DNA from: Lentisphaerota bacterium
GTDB taxonomy: Bacteria; Verrucomicrobiota; Lentisphaeria; Oligosphaerales; JABHEG01
NCBI GenBank assembly: GCA_018676675.1
Contig: JABHEG010000064.1
Coordinates: 26,211-90,210, forward strand
DNA length: 64,000 nucleotides
Direction: 5' to 3'
The notes beneath the pieces are model-generated. The model was not told where the DNA came from and made no database searches. It saw only the letters and a list, made by a program, of their open reading frames with translations. Positions 11,111 to 19,867 of this stretch are shown piece by piece. Position 1 is the stretch's first letter. Each line of letters opens with the position of its first letter. The translations under genes and the position numbers were made by a program.

Positions 11111-12718
11111 TCACAAATTCCCGTGGAAGAAAGCCAGCTTCAGGCTCAGTCGCAGCACGACAATCTGAACCAGTATCGTCCCGACGATCGCGATGGAACA
11201 AATTCGGGCTTTGCGGTCGTCAACTCTCTCAACCAGTGTCTGAATGCAGGGGACGAAGAGGACGGGGGTGAAGAGGAGCGAGAGCCGGGCGATCTCGCCC
11301 CGGCAATAGGGGTGGATCAGGAGATACACAAGAAACACCCCCGCCGCCCATCTGAACAACGTTGCGCCGTCGACCTCAAATAGGGAGCGGATGCTGCTAC
11401 CTCGATACCAGGAAGGTAGCACCAGCAACCATGGAATACCGAAGAATACAGCGAACTCGATGGGATTGACAAGAATCCAGCGCCAACTCCGTGACGTATC
11501 GAGGTAGAACTCTGTGTTATTGCGCATGCAGGCGAAGCAGATCTCGATGATCCGCACGCCGGCACCGTAACAGAGCAGCACGATCAGGCCCCCGCCTGCG
11601 TAGAAGGCCAGGAGCGCCAGCCAGCTTCTCCGATGCCGAACGCCGTGGGTCAACAGAATCACAGTGGTCATTGCGATCAACACGCCGTACCCCAAGGTGA
11701 TCACGACACCGACTCCGGCCAACAGTCCGGCCACACACATCGCCGCCAACCGCCGCCTTTCCTCCGTGGCCGTCAGGCCCACAACCAGCACGAGCGTCCA
11801 CAGGCTCGAGAGGGTAAAGAGCAGCACATCATAGTGCCCAAGGAACAGGATGGGTGCGGGAGCGGCCAGCGTGGCCAGCCCGGCAAGCCCCAAGCGGTCA
11901 TCGCGCCGGCTCAGCCGGCTCACCGCCGCCATGCAGCATATGCGCGTCACGGTCATCCCGGCCAGGAAGAGGAGAACAACCAGACAGGCAGCCCGGTAGA
12001 CGGCGTCGTCATCAAGCAGGTCCTCGAAATAGCGAAATGTCTTTGCCTGAGACAATCCCACGTGGGCGTCTTTGGAGAGGCGGCTCGCCAGCGCTTGAGT
12101 CGCCCTGGGGAACCGGCGGCATGCACGCAGAATCAGGTGCGAGAAGAGGACATTCCCGGGAGGATGGACATCCAGGTGATGCACCGCGCCGTTGACCTTC
12201 GAGCGCAGATTGTGGAAATCCCGGAAGTACGTCCCCCCGTCCTCTATGCGTGCGGCCTCCGAGAGGTACCCCGTCGTGTGGCGATCGAGGATGGCATAAA
12301 TGTTCTCGGTCAGGCCGATTTTCCCCGCCAACAGCACGTGGACATCGATCCAGGCAAGCGCCACAAGAAGCCCCAGAAGAGCAATGCCACGGATCCGTCT
12401 GTCCCCGCGAGCCGCGTCCGCAATGTGGGCACAGAAACAGGCAAAGCCAAATCCCAGAACGATGGCCGTACACTCGATCCACGGGAAGTCGATTTGCGCG
12501 TAACGGCGCCAGCCCCACTCACCGGGAATGCCCAGATGCAGGGATGTGCAGACGACCAGGAGAGCGACCAGGCCAACCGCGGAAGCAGCCAAGACGAGCA
12601 CCAAGGTCAGGGGCACGCCTGACGGCCTGGCCGCCTTGACGGCTCCGGTATCGGGGTCTGTTTGGGAAGAGTCGGTCACCGGAAACTCCTGGACTCCTTC
12701 GCCCCACAATGCCGGCAT
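11111..12718 (-). CDS. Polytopic integral membrane protein, possible GT-C-type (PMT/ArnT/GT87-like) polyprenol-phosphate-sugar-dependent glycosyltransferase
   Basis: 535 aa with more than 10 predicted TM helices (LVLVLAASAVGLVALLVVCTSL, VLLFLAGMTVTRICCMAAV, LLAFYAGGGLIVLLCYGAGV, ...). Divergently paired with a GT2 polyprenol-P-mannose synthase. No catalytic motif confidently seen. Confidence 0.55.
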   Translation of the reverse strand: MPALWGEGVQEFPVTDSSQTDPDTGAVKAARPSGVPLTLVLVLAASAVGLVALLVVCTSLHLGIPGEWGWRRYAQIDFPWIECTAIVLGFGFACFCAHIADAARGDRRIRGIALLGLLVALAWIDVHVLLAGKIGLTENIYAILDRHTTGYLSEAARIEDGGTYFRDFHNLRSKVNGAVHHLDVHPPGNVLFSHLILRACRRFPRATQALASRLSKDAHVGLSQAKTFRYFEDLLDDDAVYRAACLVVLLFLAGMTVTRICCMAAVSRLSRRDDRLGLAGLATLAAPAPILFLGHYDVLLFTLSSLWTLVLVVGLTATEERRRLAAMCVAGLLAGVGVVITLGYGVLIAMTTVILLTHGVRHRRSWLALLAFYAGGGLIVLLCYGAGVRIIEICFACMRNNTEFYLDTSRSWRWILVNPIEFAVFFGIPWLLVLPSWYRGSSIRSLFEVDGATLFRWAAGVFLVYLLIHPYCRGEIARLSLLFTPVLFVPCIQTLVERVDDRKARICSIAIVGTILVQIVVLRLSLKLAFFHGNL

Positions 12719-12971
12719 GGCGACGGAAAAAAGCGGATCGGCGGCTATCTTAGCATCTGGTCAGAAGTCCCGTCAGATGGGTCGCCCTTCCGCGAACAGA
12801 CTCGGTTCTCAGAGCGGAGAGCATGCCCCGAGTGGAGGCTTCTGTAACGGCTCTATTTTACTGTAGGAACTCTCTCTCTACCACGCGGACGGGACGGTCA
12901 TTGCCGGGTGTACTGAGGTCGGACGACACAGACTCACGTTCCGCAAGAGCCACTTCCCCATTGAGGCGCAC

Positions 12972-13700
12972 ATGGCCGCGAAGCCCAATACCGCAGTTGT
13001 CATCCCTACCTACAATGAACGGGACACAATCACAACCATTCTGGACGCTGTCCGGAACCGGCTGCCGGCTGCCGACATTCTGGTCGTTGACGATTCATCC
13101 CCGGATGGGACAGCCGGGATAGTGACGGACCGCGGACGGGAAGACAGCCACATCGGGTTACTTCTGCGCGAGACCAAGGAGGGGCTGGGCGCCGCCTATG
13201 TCGCCGGCTTCCGACAGCTCATGAGTGCAGGTTACGAACGTATCGTGCAGATGGACGCCGATTTCTCCCACGACCCGGCCTACCTGTTACCCATGCTGGC
13301 CGAACTGGACGGCGGCGCGGATCTGGTCATTGGATCACGCTACGTCAGAGGCGGCGGGACTCAGAACTGGCCTCTGTTACGGCGTCTGACGAGCCGAGGA
13401 GGGTCGCTCTATGCAGCCTTGGTTCTGGGGCTCCCCATTCGTGACGTGACTGGTGGCTTCAAGGCATGGTCGACCGCGCTCCTTCGTGGCGTGATCAAGC
13501 ACGACCTGGCCTTGGCGGGCTTCGGGTTCCAAATCGAGATGAACTACCGGGCGCACCTGCTGGGGGCTCAGATCAAAGAGGTACCGATCATCTTCCCTGA
13601 CCGTACCGAAGGTCAATCCAAGATGAGTGGCGGCATCTTCGCCGAGGCGTTCTTGGGGGTCCTTCGACTCCGACGTGCAGGGCAGCGACTAGTGGAGTAA
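12972..13700 (+). CDS. Polyprenol/dolichol-phosphate mannose synthase (GT2, DPM1/Ppm1-like)
   Basis: TAVVIPTYNERDTIT...ADILVVDDSSPDGTAGIV...VQMDADFSHDP...GSRYVRGGG...GGFKAW are canonical DPM1-family GT2 motifs. Confidence 0.75.
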   Translation: MAAKPNTAVVIPTYNERDTITTILDAVRNRLPAADILVVDDSSPDGTAGIVTDRGREDSHIGLLLRETKEGLGAAYVAGFRQLMSAGYERIVQMDADFSHDPAYLLPMLAELDGGADLVIGSRYVRGGGTQNWPLLRRLTSRGGSLYAALVLGLPIRDVTGGFKAWSTALLRGVIKHDLALAGFGFQIEMNYRAHLLGAQIKEVPIIFPDRTEGQSKMSGGIFAEAFLGVLRLRRAGQRLVE

Positions 13701-13721
13701 GCTTAACAACAACCCATCTAC

Positions 13722-15008
13722 GTGAGCAGTGAACAAGTGAAGTCGAATCTGCCTCTCAAATCCATCTGCATTCCAGCTGCCCCGCCGGTCAACGTGAGCG
13801 ACTATGTTCCGCTGATTGACCACCCTCTCTTTCAGCGGCTCCGTCTGCGCAAGCAGCTTGGCGTGAACTACCTGGTCTTTCCGGGGGCCGTGCACACCCG
13901 TTTTGAGCATGCGATCGGTTCGCTCGCTCTGACCCAGCGGCTCTGCCACATCCAGCGCATCCCGGCCGATGATGCCCGCTGCCTCTGCGCCTTCGCTCTG
14001 CTCCATGACATCGGGCACGGACCGTTCTCTCATCAGATCGAGCCCATTATCGGCGACAGCCACAAGGACCATGGTCTTGAATGCCTCGAAGCGTTCACGA
14101 CAGAGCTGGACGAGTGCGGCATCGATCGGGACAGGCTGGCAGCCTATTTTCGCGGTGAAGATCCCTTGGCTCAGTTCGTCAGTGACCGGAACCTCGGCAC
14201 TGACAAACTCGACTATCTCACCCGTGATGCGCTCCATATCGGGTTCACCGGCATGCCCGATGTGGAGAAGATCCAGTACTACACCGCGATCCTCGAAGAA
14301 GGCGGCCTGGCCATTGAGGAGAAATTTCTTGAGGACATCAAACGCGTCCAGAAATTCTACTCCTACCTTCACCAGCACGGGTACCTGAACAAGACAGCCC
14401 TTTCCGTACAGCGGATCTTCCAGCGGGCCGTCCAGGAAGAACTGGCCGAGAGTCACGTCGAACGAACCGACCTGTGGGACATGACCGACGAGGGGCTTAG
14501 CCAGTGGCTGCGAACGGGGAAGAGCAGCCTCGCACGCAGCTTGATCGCCCTCCTGGACACACGGGCTTTCCATCGCAGTGCATTCGTGATCAAGCCAAAC
14601 GGATTCGGCTATGTCGAACGCCGCGCCGGCAAAGATGTGCAGACGTGCGAGTGGTCGAGACAGAAAATCCGGCGATTCAGCGAGACTTTCTCATGCTGCG
14701 ACCGCCTGACCGCTCTGGAGAATGCCCTGGCAGAGGAGCTGGAAATGCCCCCCGGCGATGTGCTGTTCGCAGCAATGCCGTTCTTCGATAAACTCGTGCC
14801 GCGTGATGTGCGCGTCTTTTCCGCTCGGACCGGACGCGGGTTCTGGCTTTTCACGAAAGACCGGGACCACTGCCAGTCCCTGCAGGGAGATTATTCCAGA
14901 ACGTTCGCGATCCGGGTAATCGTGCCCCCGGATAAGCGAGCTGCCGTGCGCCGACAATCCGACACCATCCAACGCTTTCTGGAGCAGAGCGTCAAGAACG
15001 TTTCCTGA
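13722..15008 (+). CDS. HD-domain phosphohydrolase, dGTP triphosphohydrolase-like (Dgt/SAMHD1-like)
   Basis: VHTRFEHAIGSLALTQRL...ALLHDIGHGPFSHQIE is the HD motif (H...HD...H) typical of dGTPase-like enzymes. Confidence 0.6.
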   Translation: MSSEQVKSNLPLKSICIPAAPPVNVSDYVPLIDHPLFQRLRLRKQLGVNYLVFPGAVHTRFEHAIGSLALTQRLCHIQRIPADDARCLCAFALLHDIGHGPFSHQIEPIIGDSHKDHGLECLEAFTTELDECGIDRDRLAAYFRGEDPLAQFVSDRNLGTDKLDYLTRDALHIGFTGMPDVEKIQYYTAILEEGGLAIEEKFLEDIKRVQKFYSYLHQHGYLNKTALSVQRIFQRAVQEELAESHVERTDLWDMTDEGLSQWLRTGKSSLARSLIALLDTRAFHRSAFVIKPNGFGYVERRAGKDVQTCEWSRQKIRRFSETFSCCDRLTALENALAEELEMPPGDVLFAAMPFFDKLVPRDVRVFSARTGRGFWLFTKDRDHCQSLQGDYSRTFAIRVIVPPDKRAAVRRQSDTIQRFLEQSVKNVS

Positions 15009-15118
15009 CTCCCCGGACACGGGCCGGACGGCCCTGCTCCTGCGCCCCCGCTCTGCCCTCCGACAGCCGATCTTCTGTTGCATCCCTTCTCTGCCACCGT
15101 GGCTTTGGCTTTCCAGCT

Positions 15119-16057
15119 TTGGCTGAGTACCTTAGGATGTTCTACACCATGCTCACTATTGGCTGGCTGCCGCCTGGCAGCGGCCGCTGGAATCGCCATC
15201 TCGTGAAATACCTCCGCAACACTGCCGCGTATCTCATCCGCCCCTGGACAGCCTGCATCGTCTGCGTTGGCCTTCTTCTGGGAACAGCCGCCGCACAGGA
15301 CGCACCTTCAGCTGCCACCCATGCGCAGCCCCTCGTGTGGATATTCACCGGGCTTCCGGGCGATGTGGAACACCTGATGCGATTCTCGGAAACAGCGGAT
15401 CTCATCCACCAAACGCTTCAAACCCGTTTCGGCATCACCAAGAATGACCTCCGCATGCTGTTTGGAGAAGGCGACTGGGGAGGACACGAGCCATGTACAC
15501 GCGCCAATTTTGACGACGAGATCGGGCGCATCGTGGAAGCAACCAGGTCACCGGATGCACGCCCAATCTGGGTTTTCTTTGTCGGTCACGCCAACTCCAA
15601 CGATCGTGATGCGTTCTTCAATATTGGAGGCCCTGACCCAAGCGCTCGGGCCTTGGGCAAGGCGTTGCGCAAGACCCGGACCACCGTTCCTTTGGTGCTC
15701 TGGCTGACAACGGCTGCCAGCGGCAAGTTTGTGAAGCACCTGACTGGCCCCGGACGGGTCGTCGTCGCGGCATGTGCCGACGATGTGGAGGACAACGAGA
15801 CAGAGTTCCCGCACGTCCTGGCCCAGGCGATGGCGGCTCCGGGAACAGACGCGAACGCAGACGGATTCGTCTCAGTCCTCGAGCTTTTTGTGGCAGTGAA
15901 GGCTGGACTCAAGGAGAGCTACGAGAACGAGGACCTCATTCAGACAGAACGCCCGTTGCTCGACGGCGACGGGGATGGACAGGCCACGGCCACACCCGCA
16001 CAGACGGATGCGGCCCCAGCCGGGAACGTTCGGCTCACCATCACGCCAAACCAATAG
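15119..16057 (+). CDS. Caspase-like (clan CD, legumain/C13- or C11-like) cysteine peptidase, membrane-anchored or secreted. The start position is uncertain.
   Basis: N-terminal hydrophobic segment (TACIVCVGLLLGTAAA). Putative His-Cys dyad context: IWVFFVGHANSND ... GRVVVAACADDVEDNE. Immediately upstream of the MoxR operon. Confidence 0.4.
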   Translation: MAEYLRMFYTMLTIGWLPPGSGRWNRHLVKYLRNTAAYLIRPWTACIVCVGLLLGTAAAQDAPSAATHAQPLVWIFTGLPGDVEHLMRFSETADLIHQTLQTRFGITKNDLRMLFGEGDWGGHEPCTRANFDDEIGRIVEATRSPDARPIWVFFVGHANSNDRDAFFNIGGPDPSARALGKALRKTRTTVPLVLWLTTAASGKFVKHLTGPGRVVVAACADDVEDNETEFPHVLAQAMAAPGTDANADGFVSVLELFVAVKAGLKESYENEDLIQTERPLLDGDGDGQATATPAQTDAAPAGNVRLTITPNQ

Positions 16058-16070
16058 CGAGTAACTCACC

Positions 16071-17078
16071 ATGACCGAACCAAATTCTCCCTCCGAAGTC
16101 GCCTTGGTCGAACGCCTCGTGGCCGCCCATGACACCCTGATGAACGAGATCAGCAAGGCCGTCTACGGACAGCACGAAGCGTTGGAGCTAATCCTTGTAA
16201 GCCTCCTCTGCCGAGGGCACTCACTGCTCCTGGGGCTACCCGGGCTGGGCAAGACGCTCATGGCCAGCACAGTCGCCCGGAGTCTCGACCTCGAATTCTG
16301 TCGCATTCAGTTCACCCCGGACCTCATGCCCGCGGATATCACCGGTACAGATGTGATTGATGAAGACCCAGACAGCGGGCGCCGCTTCCGGGAGTTCCTC
16401 CCCGGCCCTATTTTCGCCAACCTCGTGCTGGCGGACGAGATCAATCGGACGCCCCCAAAGACCCAGGCCGCGCTGCTCCAGGCCATGCAGGAGCATGAGG
16501 TCTCGGTAGGGCGGACAACCTACGACCTGAAGCCTCCTTTCATGGTACTGGCAACTCAGAATCCCATTGAACTTGAGGGGACGTACGTACTCCCCGAAGC
16601 CCAGTTGGACCGGTTCATGTTCTGCATCCGCGTCACCTACCCTTCCCAGGCGGAGGAAGTCGAAATCGTGAAAGGAACAACGAGCACGTACGTGCCCGAC
16701 ATCCATAAGGTCATGACCTCCGACGAGGTGATTCAGCTGCAGGACCTCGTGCGCGGTGTCCCGGTCGCCGATGACGTGGTGGACTACGCCGTCCGCCTGG
16801 TCGCCGCAAGCCGCCCGGACGACAGCAGCGCCACGGAAAGCGTGGCTCAGTACGTGAGCTACGGGGCAAGCCCACGGGCCTCGCAATATCTCGTTCTGGG
16901 AGCGAAGGCCAGAGCCCTGCTCCAGAGCCGATACCACGTGAATTTCGCGGATGTCCAGGCGATCGCGAAGCCTGTCCTGCGGCATCGCCTGGTGCTCAAC
17001 TTCCGCAGTCGCGCGGACAAGGTCGAGTCAGACCACATCGTGGACCAGATTCTGGAAGCCGTCCCGGAAGAAAAGTAG
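16071..17078 (+). CDS. MoxR-family AAA+ ATPase
   Basis: Walker A LLGLPGLGKTLMA. MoxR-specific FCRIQFTPDLMPADITG, Walker B LVLADEINR, sensor VLATQNP. Confidence 0.85.
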   Translation: MTEPNSPSEVALVERLVAAHDTLMNEISKAVYGQHEALELILVSLLCRGHSLLLGLPGLGKTLMASTVARSLDLEFCRIQFTPDLMPADITGTDVIDEDPDSGRRFREFLPGPIFANLVLADEINRTPPKTQAALLQAMQEHEVSVGRTTYDLKPPFMVLATQNPIELEGTYVLPEAQLDRFMFCIRVTYPSQAEEVEIVKGTTSTYVPDIHKVMTSDEVIQLQDLVRGVPVADDVVDYAVRLVAASRPDDSSATESVAQYVSYGASPRASQYLVLGAKARALLQSRYHVNFADVQAIAKPVLRHRLVLNFRSRADKVESDHIVDQILEAVPEEK

Positions 17079-17105
17079 CGAGCAGCGGGAAGCAGGTAGC
17101 GATCA

Positions 17106-18011
17106 GTGGCAGTAGCTGAGCAACCAACCAAATGGCTTGAGGATCCGGACCTCTTCATGTCCATGGAGGATCTTGAGCTGGTGGCATACGGGGTCGTCGA
17201 GGGCGCCCTGCATGGCCTGCACCGCAGCCCGTATATCGGCTTCAGTGTCGAGTTTGACGCTCACCGCGAATACCAGTTCGGGGACGATCTCCGCTACGTC
17301 AACTGGAATCTCTGGGGACGAACAGACCGCCTCTACATCAAACAGTTCAAAGCCGACACGAACCTCAACCTTTACTTGCTGTTGGACACAAGCGGGTCCA
17401 TGCTCACCGACCATGGACCAACCGCAAAATGGCGCTACGGGGCCAGGGCCATCGCAGCGCTGTCATTCCTCTCGCTCCGTACGCGCGACGCAACCGGGCT
17501 CTTCCTCCTTCAGGACCACGTGCGTGGCCATGTTCCGCCGCGTGTCCGGCCAGGCCAGTTCCATGAGATTCTGGCAGCGTTGACAGAAACCGAACCGACA
17601 GGCTCAACCGACATTGCCCGTGCCCTCGAGGAAACACTTGAGCTCTGCCGCCGCCGCGGGATTGTCCTGCTTGTTTCCGATCTCTTCGACAACGAAGACG
17701 ACATCCTGCGCAGCCTGTCAGCCCTGCGTTACTACGGGCATGAAGTGATCGTCCTCCACCTGCTTGACCCATGGGAGCACACCCTTCCGACCCGCGGCCA
17801 GTACGAGTTCCGGGATCTGGAAACGGGAGAGACTGTCCGCGCCCACGCCGGTTCGCTACGGGAATCCTATGGGCAGGTCGTGCAGGACTGGCGAGAAGGC
17901 CTCAGGAAGCGCTGCGAAGATGCCGGTATTGACTGGCTGGCGTGCGATACAGACACCCCGTTGCGCGAGCTTCTGATCGATTATCTACTAAAGAGAGCGA
18001 CGTTGCACTGA
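17106..18011 (+). CDS. DUF58-family protein (vWA-like MoxR partner)
   Basis: GDDLRYVNWNLWGRTDRLYIKQF ... LYLLLDTSGSM (MIDAS-like DxSxS). Canonical position after MoxR. Confidence 0.75.
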   Translation: MAVAEQPTKWLEDPDLFMSMEDLELVAYGVVEGALHGLHRSPYIGFSVEFDAHREYQFGDDLRYVNWNLWGRTDRLYIKQFKADTNLNLYLLLDTSGSMLTDHGPTAKWRYGARAIAALSFLSLRTRDATGLFLLQDHVRGHVPPRVRPGQFHEILAALTETEPTGSTDIARALEETLELCRRRGIVLLVSDLFDNEDDILRSLSALRYYGHEVIVLHLLDPWEHTLPTRGQYEFRDLETGETVRAHAGSLRESYGQVVQDWREGLRKRCEDAGIDWLACDTDTPLRELLIDYLLKRATLH

Positions 18012-19867
18012 TGGGGCTGATCAACGCAGGCATTTTGGCAGGATTGGCGACACTGGCGATACCAGTGGCGATTCACCTGCTGCGCAGCCGTCAGTACCAG
18101 CCCGCCATCATGGGCAGCCTTCGCTTCCTCCAGCAGGCTCTTCAGCAAAACGTGCGGTGGCGGCGCCTGCAGAACCTACTTCTCCTCCTCCTCCGACTGC
18201 TGATCGTGGCCCTCCTGACATTGCTCTTCGCCCGCCCTTTTTTGGAGAAGCCCAACCCGGAAGCTGACGACGAACTGCATGTTCTCGTGCTCCTGGATAC
18301 CTCCGCAAGCATGTCCGGGGTCGCGTTCGGAACGGCAAACCTTGAGTTGGCTCAAGAGACCGCGCAGCGCGTCCTCACGGAGATGCCGGAGAAGGCGCGA
18401 GTCACCTTGGCCACCTTCGCGGAGGAAGCCCGGGAGGTGGAGACCTTCGAGGACGTCGACGTGGAGCCAGTCGGGCACACCGATTACGGAGCCGCGCTTT
18501 TGTGGGGTGCAACCCGCCTTCAGCGCTCCGAGCGAGCCCGGAAACGCATCATTCTGATCACGGATCTGCAGGAGACGGGAGTGCCGGTCGAGCCTATGAA
18601 GGAGTGGCATCTGGACACCCAGGTCGTCATCGAGTCTGTGCCACAGGCCGGGACGTGGAACGCGGGAATCGATCGCGTCAAGCAGCCCACTCCGTACGCC
18701 CGAAAGGACGCGTTGCTGGAGGTGAATATCGCCGTGTTCGGCAGCCCGCCGGAGGCGGAGGTCGAAGATGACGTAGACGTCCTGATGGAAATCGAGGATC
18801 GGGAACCAGCCAAACACAGCGGCCCACTCTCCACCCGCACGATGGCGATCCCGTGGCACCCAACCGGCCCCGGCCGGTACACCGGCACGGTGCGAATGGA
18901 GACCGGCGATGCCTACGCATGGGACGACGTCCGCCCATTCAGCATCGACGTGAAGGAGCCGATGGTCGTCCACCTCGTCAACGGAGAGCCCGGCCAGACG
19001 CGTTTCGCTGATGAAACCTACTTTCTGCGCCAGGCGTTGGCGGTTCCCGTCACCGATGCACAGCAAGTCGCCTTCGAGACGCGCGAAAGCCAGGAACTTG
19101 GGGATTTGAGCAATACAGCGGTCGTAGCCCTCTGCAACGTGCCATTCTTGCAGCAGGCGGAAATCACGCGTTTGCGGACGTTCGTTCAGGGCGGCGGGGG
19201 CCTGGCCGTGTTTCTGGGCGATGCGGTTGAGCCTGATGACTATGAGCCCCTCCTCCGAGCCAAACTCATCCCTGGAACGCTGAAACGCGGAAAGGTCGCC
19301 GTCCCGAGACGTCTGATGACGTGGGATGCCGCCCATCCAGCGCTGGCGTTGTTCAGCAAGCGTGAATCCGGAGACCTCTCTCGCATCGTGTTCCGCGACG
19401 TGTTCGACGTGCAGCCAAACGAGAAGGCAGTCGTCCTGGCCCAATTGGACAACGACCGGCCCGCACTGATCGGCGGCCGGCTCGGGAAAGGGAGAATTCT
19501 CCTTGTGACCAATCCGTGTGACCGTGAATGGAGCGACTGGCCGGCGGAACGGGCGTTCCTGCCCCTCATGCGTGAACTGTTCGCCTTCCTGAGCAGGGGG
19601 TCAGGCGTCCCCGGCGAGCCGGCCGCTGCTCTGGGCTTGAACGCACCCGACAGCGCTCGGGAGACGGACATCCGCGCCCTGCCCGAAGAGGAGTTCAGGG
19701 CGCGCCTGGGAATCGGGGCAGCTCCCGTAGAGGAACTCGTGCAGCAGGACCCTCAGGAAGGACCGGAAGCGCGGGCGCGGGAGGATGAGATCTGGCCGTA
19801 CCTGGCCCTGGGGCTTCTGGCCGCTTTGATGCTGGAGAACACCCTCGCAGATCGAGGTCGATCATGA
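18011..19867 (+). CDS. BatA-like N-terminal-TM + von Willebrand factor A domain protein. Start codon overlaps the DUF58 stop (TGATG).
   Basis: MGLINAGILAGLATLAIPVAIHLLR N-terminal TM helices (BatA-type). vWA MIDAS VLVLLDTSASMSG. Confidence 0.7.
   Translation: MGLINAGILAGLATLAIPVAIHLLRSRQYQPAIMGSLRFLQQALQQNVRWRRLQNLLLLLLRLLIVALLTLLFARPFLEKPNPEADDELHVLVLLDTSASMSGVAFGTANLELAQETAQRVLTEMPEKARVTLATFAEEAREVETFEDVDVEPVGHTDYGAALLWGATRLQRSERARKRIILITDLQETGVPVEPMKEWHLDTQVVIESVPQAGTWNAGIDRVKQPTPYARKDALLEVNIAVFGSPPEAEVEDDVDVLMEIEDREPAKHSGPLSTRTMAIPWHPTGPGRYTGTVRMETGDAYAWDDVRPFSIDVKEPMVVHLVNGEPGQTRFADETYFLRQALAVPVTDAQQVAFETRESQELGDLSNTAVVALCNVPFLQQAEITRLRTFVQGGGGLAVFLGDAVEPDDYEPLLRAKLIPGTLKRGKVAVPRRLMTWDAAHPALALFSKRESGDLSRIVFRDVFDVQPNEKAVVLAQLDNDRPALIGGRLGKGRILLVTNPCDREWSDWPAERAFLPLMRELFAFLSRGSGVPGEPAAALGLNAPDSARETDIRALPEEEFRARLGIGAAPVEELVQQDPQEGPEARAREDEIWPYLALGLLAALMLENTLADRGRS

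Noticed and set aside
11633-12622. 329-aa plus-strand low-complexity ORF
   Set aside because: Antisense to the polytopic membrane protein, whose frame shows consistent TM helices. The plus ORF is Q/G/H/P-rich with no structure.
13689-14573. 294-aa minus-strand ORF
   Set aside because: Antisense to the HD-domain gene, which has a clear H..HD motif.
16236-16985. 249-aa minus-strand ORF
   Set aside because: Antisense to the MoxR gene.
18176-19444. 422-aa minus-strand ORF
   Set aside because: Antisense to the BatA-like vWA gene, whose frame carries the MIDAS motif and TM helices.
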